From assembly GCA_030425545.1 (NCBI GenBank), contig JAUIAC010000001.1, positions 3,132 to 67,131 of the forward strand: a stretch of DNA of 64,000 bases. The letters are read 5' to 3'. Made by a program: the position numbers and the translations under genes. The notes below the pieces were generated by a model. It worked only from the letters and a program-made list of their open reading frames with translations. It had not been told where the DNA came from and searched no databases. The stretch comes from a bacterium (GTDB lineage: Bacteria > Myxococcota_A > UBA9042). This document shows positions 9,501-20,200 of this stretch, piece by piece (position 1 is the first letter of the stretch; each line of letters begins with the position of its first letter).

Positions 9501-12500
9501 GCCGCTCTTGCAGGAGCCCTTGGCGCAGGTGTCGCCGCCGGCGCCGCCGGTGCACGCGTCGCCGTCGTCGCACGCGGTGCCGGTGAGCGCCTTGTGGGTG
9601 CAGCCCTTGGCCGGGTCGCAGCCGTCGCTGGTGCAGGGGTTGCCGTCGTCGCACTGGCTCGCGGCGCCACCCACGCAGGTCCCGGCCTTGCAGGCGTCGC
9701 CACCCTTGGCGCCGGTGCAGGCGTTGCCGTCGTCGCAGGGCTCGCCGGTGAGCGGGCTGCTGGCGCAGCCGGTGGCCTTGTCGCAGGTGTCGGCGGTGCA
9801 GGGCTTGCCGTCATCGCAGCTCACCTTCGCGCCCGCCACGCACACACCCTGGCTGCAGGTGTCGCCGGCGCTGCCGCCGGTGCACGCGTCGCCGTCGCTG
9901 CACTGGGTGCCCGTGAGGCCCTTGTGCACGCAGCCCGTGGCGGGGTCGCAGCTGTCGGCTGTGCAGGGCTCGCCGTCGTCGCAGCCCACGGCCGCGCCAG
10001 GCTTGCACTGCCCCTGGGCGCACGCGTCGCCCTGGGTGCAGGCGCTGCCGTCGTCGCATGCGGTGCCCTTCGCAGCGCTGTGGGTGCAGCCCTTGCTGGG
10101 ATCGCAGCCGTCGACGGTGCAGGGGTTGCCGTCGTCACACGACTTGGCGGCGCTGCCCTTGCAGGTGCCCGCGGCGCACGCGTCCGCCGTGGTGCAGGCG
10201 TCGCCGTCGGTGCAGGCCTTGCCGGTCAGGGCCGTGTGCTTGCAGCCCTGGGTCGCGTGGCACTGGTCCTGGGTGCAGACGTTGTTGTCGTCGCAGCCCT
10301 TCGGCGCGTGGCCCTTGCACACGCCGCTGCTGCAGGTGTCCTTGGTGGTGCACACGCTGCCGTCGTCACAGCTGGTGCCGCTCAGCGCCTTGTGCCAGCA
10401 GCCCTTGCTCGGGTGGCAGCCGTCTGCGGTGCAGGGCTTGCCGTCGTCGCAGCTCTTGGCCGCGCCCGCCGTGCAGGTGCCCGCCTTGCACACGTCGCCC
10501 TTGGTGGCGCCGGTGCAGACGTCGCCGTCGTCGCACTGGGCGCCGGTGAGCGGCTTGTGCCAGCAGCCCTCGCCCGGCGAGCAGCCGTCCTGCGTGCAGG
10601 GCTTGCCGTCGTCGCAGTCGGGTCCGCCAGCGCCCTTGCACTTGCCACTCTTGCAGGCGTCGCCGGTGGTGCAGGCGTTGCCGTCGTCGCAGGGCTGGCC
10701 GGTGAGGGCCTTGGTGACGCACCCCTTGGCCTGGTCGCAAGCGCCCGCGGTGCAGGGCGAGCCGTCGTCGCAGGCGAGCTTGCCCTTGCCCTTGCACGTG
10801 GCGCCGAGGCAGGTGTCCGTGGTGGTGCAGGCGTTGCCGTCGTCGCAGGGCGCCCCCGGCTTGCCGGTGTGGGTGCAGCCCTTGGCCGCGTCGCAGCTGT
10901 CGGTGGTGCAGGGGTTGCCGTCGTCACACGCCTTGGCGCCGCCGCCGGTGCACGTGCCCGCCTTGCACGCGTCGCTCGTGGTGCAGGCGTCGCCGTCGCT
11001 GCAGCTCTTGCCGGTCAGCGCCTTGTACTGGCAGCCCTTGCTGGCGGAGCAGCTGTCCGTGGTGCACGGGTTGCCGTCGTCGCAGCTCTTTTTGCCGCTC
11101 GGCTTGCAGGCACCCTGGGCACACGCGTCGCCCGTGGTGCAGGCGTCGCCGTCGGTGCACGGCTTGCCGCTCAGGTTCTGGTGCTGGCAGCCCTTGGTGG
11201 GGTCGCAGGTGTCCGCGGTGCAGGGCTTGCCGTCGCTGCAGCTCTTGGACGCGCCGCCGACGCACTTGCCGGCGACGCAGTGGTCTACCTTGCCGCCCGC
11301 GCCCGTGCAGGCGTCGCCGTCCGAGCACGCGGTGCCCGTGAGCGGCTTGTTCACACAGCCGGTCTGCTTGTCGCAGAGGTCCTGGGTACAGGGGTTGCCG
11401 TCGTCACAGCTGACCGCACCGGCGCCCTTGCAGGTGCCCGCCTTGCAGGCGTCCCCGCTGGTGCACGCGCTGCCGTCGTCGCAGGCCGGTCCGCTCACGG
11501 CGCTGTGCTTGCAGCCCTTGGCCGCGTCGCAGGTGTCGGCGCTGCATGGATTGCCGTCGTCGCAGACCTTGGCGGTGCCCTTGCAGGTCCCGGCGGTGCA
11601 GGTGTCCGCGGTGGTGCAGGCGTCGCCGTCGCTGCAGGTGCCACCGCTGAGGGCGGCGTGGGCGCAGCCACCCGAGGCGCTGCAGGTGTCGGTGGTGCAG
11701 GCGTTGTCGTCGTCGCAGCTGACCGCCTTGCCGACGCAGGAGCCCTTGGCGCAGGTGTCGTTGGCCGAGCAGGCGCTGCCGTCGTCACAGGCGCCGCCCG
11801 AGGTGGCGACGTGCTTGCAGGCGCCCGCCTTGCTGTCGCAGGTGTCTGCAGTGCAGGGGTTGCTGTCGTCGCACACCAGCGCCTTGCCGGCCTGGCAGCC
11901 CTTGGCGGTGCAGGTGTCGCAGCTGGTCAGGGGCGCGGCCTTGAGATCGACGTTGATGTCGCCGTGGGTCTCGATGGTCTTGCCACCGACGGTGTGCGTG
12001 ACGAAGAACCACGCGGCCGCCCCGAGGGCCTGCGACTTGTTGTTGGCCCCGGCGCCCACCTGGAAGGGGTAGACGCTCTTCTTCGGCATCTGCTTGAGGG
12101 TGATCTTGCCGTCGCCGCCAACCTCGCTCATGGCGCCCGACTCGAGGTCGAAGTAGTGCCAGCTGTCGGTGGCGCCCGCGGGCACCTTCCAGCCATCGTC
12201 GAGCTTCGGCCCGCCGGAGCCCTGGCCCGCCTTGCCCTGGCCACGGTAGTTGAAGGTCAGCGCAACGGTGTAGGGCTTGCCCAGCGGGGCACCCGCGCCG
12301 TCGACCTTGTAGACCTTGGCGGTGCCCGTGAGCGTGGCCTTGCCGGAGGTGAACCAGGTCAGGGTGGCGCCGGGGGCGAAGTGGAGTCGGGCGATGTGGC
12401 CCTTCACGCCGTCGTAGAGGCCGTTGATCCACATGCCGTTGCAGCCGTGGACGGCGGCCTCGGGGCAGTTCATGGCATCGCTGACGTCGTAGAGCGCGCG

Positions 12501-13574
12501 CACGCCCGCGGGGGCGGCGCAGCTCGTGCCAGTGCAGGCGTTGCCGTCGTCACACGTCGCGCCCGGAGCGCTGACATGTGCGCAGCCGGCGGCGCCCTTG
12601 CAGATGTCGGTCGTGCAGGGCTTGCCGTCGTCGCATGGCGCGCCTTCGTCGATGAGGCCGTCGCAGTCGTTGTCGATGCCGTCGCAGACCTCTGCGCCGG
12701 TGGACACGCAGGCGCCGCCGGAGCTGCCGCCGCCGGAGCTGCTGCCACCGGAGCTCGCGCCGCCGGAGCTGGAGCCGCCGCTCGAAGCGCCACCGGAGCT
12801 CGCGCCGCCGGAGCTGGAACCGCCGCTCGACGCGCCACCGGAGCTCGCGCCACCAGAGCTAGCGCCACCGGAGCTGGACCCGCCGCTTGAAGCGCCACCG
12901 GAGCTCGCGCCACCAGAGCTGGACCCGCCGCTCGAAGCGCCACCGGAGCTCGCGCCGCCGGAGCTCGCGCCGCCGCTCGACGCGCCACCGGAGCTGGCGC
13001 CGCCACCGGAGCTCGACCCGCCGCTCGACGCGCCACCGGAGCTCGCGCCACCGGAGCTGGAACCGCCGCTCGAGGAACCACCGGAACTGGCGCCGCCACT
13101 CGACCCGCCACCGGAGCTCGCGCCACCGGAGCTCGACCCGCCGCTCGACGCGCCACCGGAGCTCGCGCCGCCGTCCGCACCGCCACCAGAGCTCGCGCCA
13201 CCACTCGAAGCACCGCCGGAGCTCGCGCCACCGTCCGCACCGCCACCGGAGCTGGCTCCGCCGCTCGACGCGCCGCCGCTCGAAGCACCGCCGTCCGCAC
13301 CGCCGCTGGAAGCGCCACCTCCCCCGTTGCCGTCGCTCTGGTTCCACCCCCCCGCGCCGGCCTGGCCGTCCTCGTCGTTCCCTGCCGAGCCCTTGCCGCC
13401 CGTGCCCCCACCGCTCGACGCCGCGGCGTCCTCCTCGCTCAGGGCGCCGGGCCCGCCGTTTCCGGATGCGGTGGCGTTTGCGCTCGGGTCGGACAGGTCG
13501 TTGCCGCAGGCGCTGAGCAAGCTCAACGTTGCGACCAGCGATCCGATCCTGAGCATGCGGCTGAAACTGAACAT
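6543..13574 (-). CDS. giant (about 2340 aa) secreted lipoprotein with tandem myxobacterial-type Cys-rich repeats
   Basis: Probable start ATG at 13574 gives MFSFSRMLRIGSLVATLSLLSAC GNDL (signal peptide plus lipobox). A long (GGASS)n Gly/Ser linker follows, then an N-proximal non-repeat domain. There are roughly 40 tandem copies of an approximately 37-40 aa unit C-DDGNPCT-D-C-x4-GC-H-x5-G-x-C-DG-x-CT. A central non-repeat domain (TIGYWKNHASDW...) follows, then an acidic SGSDKSG tract of 21-bp nucleotide repeats and a C-terminal roughly 190 aa non-repeat domain. Confidence 0.8.
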   Translation of the reverse strand: MFSFSRMLRIGSLVATLSLLSACGNDLSDPSANATASGNGGPGALSEEDAAASSGGGTGGKGSAGNDEDGQAGAGGWNQSDGNGGGGASSGGADGGASSGGASSGGASSGGGADGGASSGGASSGGASSGGGADGGASSGGASSGGSSSGGASSGGGSSGGASSGGSSSGGSSSGGASSGGASSGGSSSGGGASSGGASSGGASSGGASSGGASSGGSSSGGASSGGASSGGSSSGGASSGGASSGGASSGGSSSGGASSGGASSGGSSSGGASSGGSSSGGGSSGGACVSTGAEVCDGIDNDCDGLIDEGAPCDDGKPCTTDICKGAAGCAHVSAPGATCDDGNACTGTSCAAPAGVRALYDVSDAMNCPEAAVHGCNGMWINGLYDGVKGHIARLHFAPGATLTWFTSGKATLTGTAKVYKVDGAGAPLGKPYTVALTFNYRGQGKAGQGSGGPKLDDGWKVPAGATDSWHYFDLESGAMSEVGGDGKITLKQMPKKSVYPFQVGAGANNKSQALGAAAWFFVTHTVGGKTIETHGDINVDLKAAPLTSCDTCTAKGCQAGKALVCDDSNPCTADTCDSKAGACKHVATSGGACDDGSACSANDTCAKGSCVGKAVSCDDDNACTTDTCSASGGCAHAALSGGTCSDGDACTTADTCTAGTCKGTAKVCDDGNPCSADTCDAAKGCKHSAVSGPACDDGSACTSGDACKAGTCKGAGAVSCDDGNPCTQDLCDKQTGCVNKPLTGTACSDGDACTGAGGKVDHCVAGKCVGGASKSCSDGKPCTADTCDPTKGCQHQNLSGKPCTDGDACTTGDACAQGACKPSGKKSCDDGNPCTTDSCSASKGCQYKALTGKSCSDGDACTTSDACKAGTCTGGGAKACDDGNPCTTDSCDAAKGCTHTGKPGAPCDDGNACTTTDTCLGATCKGKGKLACDDGSPCTAGACDQAKGCVTKALTGQPCDDGNACTTGDACKSGKCKGAGGPDCDDGKPCTQDGCSPGEGCWHKPLTGAQCDDGDVCTGATKGDVCKAGTCTAGAAKSCDDGKPCTADGCHPSKGCWHKALSGTSCDDGSVCTTKDTCSSGVCKGHAPKGCDDNNVCTQDQCHATQGCKHTALTGKACTDGDACTTADACAAGTCKGSAAKSCDDGNPCTVDGCDPSKGCTHSAAKGTACDDGSACTQGDACAQGQCKPGAAVGCDDGEPCTADSCDPATGCVHKGLTGTQCSDGDACTGGSAGDTCSQGVCVAGAKVSCDDGKPCTADTCDKATGCASSPLTGEPCDDGNACTGAKGGDACKAGTCVGGAASQCDDGNPCTSDGCDPAKGCTHKALTGTACDDGDACTGGAGGDTCAKGSCKSGAAVSCDDGNPCTSDGCDKASGCTHKALSGTPCDDGSKCTGGDAGDVCKAGTCTPGAAVVCDDDNACTTDACSAKSGCVNTPVSGGKCSDGDACTVSDTCAKGSCTGKKHSCDDGNSCTADTCDKASGCGHKPLSGTSCDDGDKCTGAGGSDVCSAGTCGGKAVGCDDGNPCTADGCDKATGCTHKALSGTSCDDGDKCTGAGGSDVCSAGTCGGKAVGCDDGNPCTADGCDKVKGCTHKALSGTSCDDGDACTGAGGKDTCSAGTCGGAAVSCDDDNPCTADGCDKATGCTHKALTGTSCDDGDTCTGAGGTDTCTAGTCGGKAVSCDDNNPCTSDSCSKSQGCKHAAASGASCEDGDKCTTGDVCKSGTCKAGGATQCDDGEFCTTDSCDKDKGCVTTAKLGTCDDGNVCNGSDVCTAGECKAQGGKTSCTSPKTIGYWKNHASDWPVESIKLGAKTYTKAQAIALIKAHSSKDASKSLAAQLCATKLNLLKGSKDDGISESVKDADAWLTKHGYGSDPQGQARTEALNLKDDCDDYNNSGTKNYGCKTEGGALDCDDGNPCTADTCDAKYGCQHTKLATNKCEDDESDSGSGSSTSEKSGSGSDKSGSDKSGSGSDKSGSGSDKSGSGSDKSGSGSDKSGSGSDKSGSDKSGSGSDKSGSGSDKSGSDKSDSGSGSGSGSSSSDASDSSDSGGSDSSDGSDSGGSDSSDSGSDSGCDSSCNDGNACTADSCNKSTSKCENKAMSGVACTDGNACTVSDVCSGSTCQAGKTKTCDDGEDCTVDKCDAKSGCQFTQIPNCGGLCRTVNFDADSQGKSLAAGTVITDQFAGWGLTVSAKNANSNHPDKAITFDSAKPTGGDPDLATTDWGKVLIIAEDDDDTAPKDGLVDDPDDEASGGAVTFTFSKGSKVNSIGFVDIEETGGTVVLTYTDGKTSTVQIPAKGNGAAFTLSLGSAQGVKSLTVTLKGSGAMDKLSYCLDGSATKG
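7470..7740. repeat. about 12 tandem copies of a 21-bp unit (GACTTGTCGCTGCCCGAGCCC) encoding (DKSGSGS)n inside the giant gene
   Basis: Near-identical 21-mers are directly visible on the + strand between about 7487 and 7720. Confidence 0.85.
12690..13330. repeat. 15/18-bp nucleotide-level tandem repeats encoding the (GGASS/GGSSS)n linker of the giant lipoprotein
   Basis: Reiterated CCGCCGGAGCTCGCGCCA-type units over about 640 bp, translating to GGASSGGASSGGSSS... Confidence 0.8.
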
Positions 13575-14213
13575 GGTGCCCCCCCTGGGGATTCGACCTC
13601 CGGACGGACCGGTGGCATGAGCGATGAATAGAGCATGCCAAATCTCGCAAGCAACGTAAAAGCCGAATATCAAACGACTTTGAGTTTCTCAGGGGCTCGG
13701 AGACCCCGGCGCACAAGATCCACAGAATCCGACTGAATTCCAATCTGTTACGCCGAAATTTCGCTGCACAACCATCGCCCACGCTCGGCGCCCCGAGAGC
13801 GCACGCTCTTCACACAGCGGCGACTGTTCATCTGGGCAAGGGTCCAACGAGAGCCCCTGGAATGTGCGGGGTTTGCGGCCGCCGCTGGGACACCTTTCGG
13901 TGTCTTGTCGGCCCGGGTGATTGCAAAGCCCACGAAATGAGGGCTGTCTGAACGAAACTCGTCATTTGTCTAGTAGACGCACGACCAGCTCTGTGATTGG
14001 AAGGCCGGTATTATCCCCAAGTGTGGGGTAGCCGTCAACAACTATCATGACGAGTTGACCGATAGCGCGACGCGACAGCCCTGATTCGGGGACTTCGAGC
14101 TCCACGCTCCAGATCTGAGCGCACGATCATGCGCTCACACATCTTCATATTCAGCCGTTTCGCTTTCCATCTAGTGCCTTATGACTCCGCAGAGCTTCAG
14201 CCCCCGCGCGGCG
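13575..14213. promoter_or_regulatory. 640-bp intergenic island of markedly lower GC between the two giant genes (presumed promoter/leader of the 6543..13574 gene)
   Basis: The stretch 13620-14160 is visibly AT-richer than the roughly 70% GC surroundings. It contains the near-DnaA-box-like TTATCCCCA and a short hairpin CCCCAagtgTGGGG. No convincing ORF. Confidence 0.4.
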
Positions 14214-17200
14214 TCACTTCACCCACACCTCAACCGCGCCGATGGGCCACGCGTACCAGATGGTGCTCGCCATGCCGGTCGACTGAACCGAGAGCGCCAC
14301 AGACGGCCCCGTGTGCGCCACCTGATAGTCGGCCAGCAACGCGTGCATGTTGCCGAGCGCCGGCGAGCAGGTGCCCGCCGCCTTGGGGTTGCTCGAGCCG
14401 GTGACCACCGGCAGGCCACCGAGGCCGCCGTTGAACATCAGCGTCCCGTTGAGGTGGATCTTCGCCGACGCCCAGTTCTTGTAGGTGCTGTTGGGTGTGG
14501 TGATGTGATAGCGAAAGCGCACGCGCACCGCGGTGTGCGCCTGCGGAACGTCCAGCGCGCCGTTGAGCGTGACGGTCTTGGTGCCGCTGCCGTACTTGAG
14601 GCTGATCGCAGGCGGGTTCCACATCTTGGCCTGGCCGAGACCGCCGCTGCAGCTCATCACACTGCCGGGTCCCCACGAGTTCGTCGCGCGCGTGACGCCG
14701 TTGGTGTACAGCCGCTTGAAGCCGCCCGCCTTCATGTCGCACCACTCGCGCTTCGGGTTCTTGCCGTCCTTGTCTTCGTCGAGCCAGGTCCACCCGACAA
14801 AGGTGTCGAGCTTGCCGCCGGCGGCGTCCTTGGCGGCGACGCACGACGACGCAGGCGACAGCGAGGTGCAGCCGACATAGGCCTTGCCGCCCACCTTGCA
14901 GGCGCCGCCGCCACAGATGCCGGGGCCGAGGGGGACGCAGACCTCGCCGTCCTTGCACACGGCGCCGTCGGCCAGCGCGGTGAACACGCAGCCTTTGACC
15001 TTGTTGCAGGTGTCGAGTGTGCACGGCTGGTGGTCGTTGCACGTGACCGACTTGTGCTTGCACCCCGCCGACTTGTCGCAGGTGTCGACCGTACAGGCGC
15101 TCTTGTCGTCGCAGTCCACCTTGGTGTGCTTGCAGCTGCTGTCAGCCTCGCAGGTGTCCGTGGTGCAGGCGCTGCCGTCGTTGCAGACGGGCTTGAGCGG
15201 GAAGGTGCAGCCTGCCTTCTCGCCGCCGCCCGCGGTGACGTTGCACAGGTTGTGGGTGCAGCTCCGTTTGTCGTCGCACACCACGGGCGCGTGGGTGCAG
15301 CCCTTGACCTTGTCGCAGGCGTCTGTGGTGCAGGCGTTGCCGTCGTCGCACGATCGCGCCGTGTGGGTGCAGCCGGCGCCCGGGGCGCAGCTGTCGGTGG
15401 TGCACGCGTTCTTGTCGTCGCAGTCGGAGGGGTCCACGCCCTTGCACAGCCCGGCCGCGGTGCAGGGGGCGAGCCCCCACGGCCCGGTGCGCGCGACGGT
15501 CGTCTTGCGCTTGCCGTCCTGCGCGATGGCCCAACCGCCGATGAGGACCCCGTCGTCGCCGGCGCCCAGCGCCCAGGTCGACGCGACGTTGCCCGCGTCG
15601 AGGTCGCGGGAGAGCAGCGGCTGCCCGCCGGGCTGCGTGAGGAAGAGGCGCACCTTGTGGTTGACGCCAGCCCCCCACTTCGCGACGAAGGCGAGCCCGT
15701 CTTGGGGGCCGGTGGCGGCGAGCACCGTGGCGCCGGCGTTGAGCTCGGCGGTGGTGACCACAGACTGCAAGGCGCCTGATTTTCCGGCGAAGCCGACCAC
15801 CACGAGGCGTCGCTTGGCCGTGGTCGACGTGGTCCAGCCCGCGGCGCGCACGTCGTTGCCCGAGTCGACCCGCGCGGCGCGCAGGGTGATGCCCGTGAGG
15901 CCGGGCGGCGACACGACCCACTGGGCGGTCCCGTCGGGCGCGAGCAGCGTCGCGAAGCCACGGCCCCCGCCGCTGCCTACGGCGACCCACCGGCCGTCCG
16001 ACGCGGCGGCCATGCGCGAGGGCCACGCGGCCGCGCCGCCCACGGCCGGAAAGTCCTTGCTGGCCACCACGGCGTAGCTGGTGTTGCGGCGGAAGAAGCG
16101 ATAGCGAATGGCGTAGCCCAACGAGCCGTCAGCGGCCTCGGCGATGGCCTGAATCCCGCCCTCGGTGCTGCCCACCTTCTGCTTCCAGTTCAGGGTCGAG
16201 AGCGCTGTGCCGTTGACGTCGGTGCGCACGATGAAGCTGGAGCGGCCGTAGCCGTTGGCCGAGGTCTGCTGCTGGTAGCCGGCCCAGATCTCGCCGTTCT
16301 TCCGCTCGAGCAGCCACTTGTTGGTGCCCTTGAACGAGTGCGGGTCGGGAGAGGTCAGCTTGCGCTGCCACACCAGGCTGCCGGTGTGGTCGAGACGACG
16401 CACCGTCGCCAGCGAGCCGTTGTAGGGGTACTTGGCGTACTGCGACGCCTGCTGGTGGCCAAAGACCACGGAGCCTCCGTCACTGGTGCCGCGGATGGCC
16501 CCGACGCCGGCGTGGACGCGCCACGCCTCGGTGCCCGTCTCCCACGGGTAGAGCCGAGACCAGAGCTCGCCGTTGGGGTCGGCCTTGCACTTGCCCGCCG
16601 CACACACGCCCTGCACCGCGCAGCCGTCTTTCGGGTCGCACACCAGGCCCTCGAGGGTGGTGTGCAGACACTTGCCCGACTTGGGATCGCAGCGGTCGAG
16701 GGTGCAGGGGTCGCTGTCGTCGCAGCCCGCAGCCGCGATGGTGGCGCAGGCCCCGGCCGACTCGCAGGTCTGCTGACCCCAGGGCGACATGCGGCTGACA
16801 AACGCCCGCTGCAGCGCGGCCGTGCGCGTGCCAGCGAGCAGCAGCCCGCCGTCCATGGCGTGAACGCCGCGGAGCACGACGCTGGGCTTGCTGCCAGCGC
16901 CGGCGCCGTCGATCTGGGTGAAGTTCTGCTGCCACACCGGGTTGCCGATCGGATCGGTGAGCATCGCCCACGCGTCGAGCCCCCCGCTGCCGTCGGGCGC
17001 GCTGCCCGACACCATCAGCTGACCCGAACCGTGCAGGTACATGCCGTGGATCGCCGCCGCGCCGGGCGAGACCCGCTGCCACAACACCTTGCCCTGCAGG
17101 TCGGTCCGCAGCAGCCAGTAGTGCGTGCCAGACCCGTCGGTCGTGTGTCCGGCCGCGGTCAGCCGCGCGCTGGGCTGAGCGACGACCGCTCGGAGCCGCG

Positions 17201-20200
17201 CGTCGGTGCTGGCCTTGTTCGGCGCCAGGTTCTTGCGCCAGAGCACGGCGCCGGTCGCGCCCACACGGGCCAGCAGCCCGCGGCGCACGTCGCCGGCCAT
17301 CTTGCCGCTCTGCCCCGCGACGACGGTCTGGTTGGCGCCGGTGTGGTCCACCGCGTCGGCGACGTCGCCGGCGAGGCCAGGCAGCAGCTTGGCAGCCGAG
17401 AGGTGCCCAGAGGACGACAGCCGCATCCACGGCACGCGCGTCACGCCCTGGTCCACCGCGCTGCCGACGACCACCGCCCCCTTGTCCGGCATCAGCGCCG
17501 ACGCGCGGCCCTCGACACCGCTCCACTTGCCGTGCTCGCGCAGGGCCACGCTCTTGCCCGCCTTGTCGAGGCGTACGAAGAGCACCGCAGGCTTCCCCGC
17601 CACCGTGGTGGTCCCCGTCGCCAGGGTCCCCCCAGCGTCGAGCGGATGCACGGTCCACACCCGCACCGCGTCCGAGGGCGTCGTCGCCTTGTGGCTGAAC
17701 GACCACAGCGGCTTGCCCGACTTCCCCAGGGCCTGAACCCACGCGTAGGCCGCGCTGACCGCGCCCTGGTTGAGCACGTGGCGCGCGCCGCCGACCACCG
17801 CGCTCCCCCCGCTGCCGTCGGCCGCGTTCAGCTCGTAGGCCTCGCCCGTCTTGCCCTGGCTCCAGGTCCAGAGCCGCTTGTCCTTGCCCGGCTGGCAGCT
17901 GCCGTCCTTGCACAGGCTACCGATCGTGCAGCTGGCGCCGTCGTCACACGGGGCACCGTCCACGTCCCCCACGACCAGGCACTTGTACGCCGTCTGCCCT
18001 TCGGACTTGCACACAGCCTTCTCGCAGTGCTTGGTCACGATGGTGCACTTGATCGTCGAGCCCACCTTGCACACGCCCTTGCTGCACGTGTCGTTGACGG
18101 TGCAGCCGTCGTTGTCGGCGTTGCAGGCGGTGCCGTCTCCGAGCACGGTCGCAAAGTCGCACTGCCCGGTCTTCGGGTGGCACTTGTCCACGGTGCAGGA
18201 GTTGCCGTCGGCGCAGTTCTGCTGCTTGTGCACACAGCCGAGCTTCTTGTCGCAGAGGTCGATGGTGCAGGCGTCATTGTCGGCGCAGTCCGCCTTCACC
18301 GGGCCCACGCACGCGCCGCTGTCGCAGCTGTCCTGAGCGGTGCACGGGTTGTCGTCGTCGCAGGCCTTGCCCTTGGTCACGGGCTGCAGGCCGCACTTGC
18401 CCGACTTGGCGTTGCAGGCGTTGACGAGGCACTGGGTGTTGGCCGTCTGCGGGCAGTGCACCTTCGAGCTCGGGTTGGGCTTGCAGGCGTACTTGCCCGG
18501 CACGCTCTTGTCGCAATAGGGCACGCCGTTGCACAGGTCGCCGTCGTCTTGCGCGAGGCAGTCGCTGTCGCTCTGGCAGGTGCAGGTGAAGGTGCCACCG
18601 ACGCACTTGCCGTTGCCGCAGGTGTCGTTCGCGGTGCACTTGTCCCCGTCGTCGCACAAGGTCTTGTCCGCGAGCTTGGCCAGGTAGCAGGCCCCGACCT
18701 TCTTGTCGCAGGTGTTCTTGATGCAGGCGCTGTCGCCCGCCGTCGGGCACACCACCACCGACGCCGGGTTCGGCTTGCACACGTGCTTGCCTGGGGTCGA
18801 GGTGTCGCAGTAGGGCACGCCGTTGCACTTGTCGCCGTCGTCTTTGCTCAGGCAGTCGCTGTCGCTCTGGCACTCGCACACGTTCGTGCCGCTGCACTCG
18901 CCGCCCTTGCAGACGTCGCTGCTGGTGCACGCGTCGCCGTCGTCACACCCGGTCTGCGTCGCGAGCTCGGCCAGGAAACACGCGCCCGTCTTGGGGTCGC
19001 AGGTGTTCTTGATGCAGGCGCTGTCGTCGCCCTTGGGACACACCACCACCGACGCCGGGTTGGGCTTGCACACGGGAAGCGCGCCCGACGTGTCGCAGTA
19101 GGGGACGCCGTTGCACTTGTTGCCGTCGACGTCGACGCAGTCCGAGTCGGTCTTGCACGCGCAGGTGTAGGTCCCCGAGACGCAAGATCCGGCAGCGCAG
19201 AAGTCGCTCTTGGTGCACACGCTCTTGTCGTCACAGGCGGCGCCCTCGTAGGTCGCCGTGTCCATCTTGCACTGACCGGTGGCCTTGACGCAGACGTTCT
19301 TGCGGCACGCGTTGTCGCCCGCTGACGGGCAGGTGACCACGGTGGCCGGGTTCAGCTCGCACTTGCCGAGCAGCTTGTTGCAGAAGAGCGTGCCGTTGCA
19401 CTGGTCGCCGTCCTCTTCGCCCGCGCAGTCCTTGTCCGACTTGCAGTAGCAGGTGTAGGTGCCCGCGGCGCACTTGCCGCCCTTGCAGAGATCCCCCTTG
19501 GTGCAGGGGTCGCCGTCGTCGCACGGGGTCAGCGACTTGTCGGTGACCGGCACCAGGGTGCACGCCGCCTCCTTGGGGACCTGCTTGCCCGCCTTGGTCT
19601 CGTACAGCGTCTTGCAGGTGTTCTGCGCGCAGGCGGTGTCATTGGTGTCTGGGCACACCTTCACCGTGGCGGGGTTGACCTGGCACAGGCCGTTGACCTT
19701 GTTGCAGAAGAGCGTGCCGTTGCAGAGGTCGCCGTCGCCGTTCTTGGCCTCGCACTCCGCGTCCGACTTGCACACGCAGGTGTTGGTGCCGGGGACGCAC
19801 TTGCCGATGAAGCAGGCGTCGCCCGTGGTGCACTTGTCGCCGTCGTCACAGGCCGTGCCACCGGCGGTGGGCACCAGCTCGCACTGGCCGGTCTTGGGCT
19901 GGCAGGCCGCCTTGGCGCAGGCCGTGTCGTTGCCGTCGGGACAGCTGACCACGGTGGCCGGGTTGACCTTGCACTTGGGCGCGACCTTGCCGTCGCCGCC
20001 CTTGTGCTGGGTGTCGCAGTAGAGCGTGCCGTTGCAGAGGTTGTCGTCGTCCACCAGCGCGCAGTCCGCGTCGCTCGCACAGGTGCACACGTTGACCTTG
20101 GCCTCGCACACGCCGCCCTTGCAGGCCTCGTTCTTGGTGCAGGCGTCACCGTCGTCGCAGGGGGTGGCGTCGGGCTGAGTCTGAGTCGCGCAGCTGCCCG

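Noticed and set aside
7773-12890. Very long + strand ORFs (1705 aa, 1293 aa, plus several 80-350 aa ORFs on both strands) overlapping the giant minus-strand gene
   Set aside because: These are antisense or alternative-frame shadows of a roughly 70% GC repetitive coding region. Their translations are Ala/Arg/Gly/Val-rich low complexity with no start or RBS context. The minus-strand frame gives a coherent signal peptide plus Cys-repeat protein.
7470-13330. Possible CRISPR array suggested by regular short direct repeats
   Set aside because: The repeats are in-frame coding repeats (DKSGSGS and GGASS units) with no unique spacers and no cas genes in the window.
14181-19325. Long + strand ORFs (532 aa, 995 aa, and others) opposite the second giant gene
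   Set aside because: Same reasoning. They are antisense shadows with Arg/Ala/Gly-rich nonsense translations.
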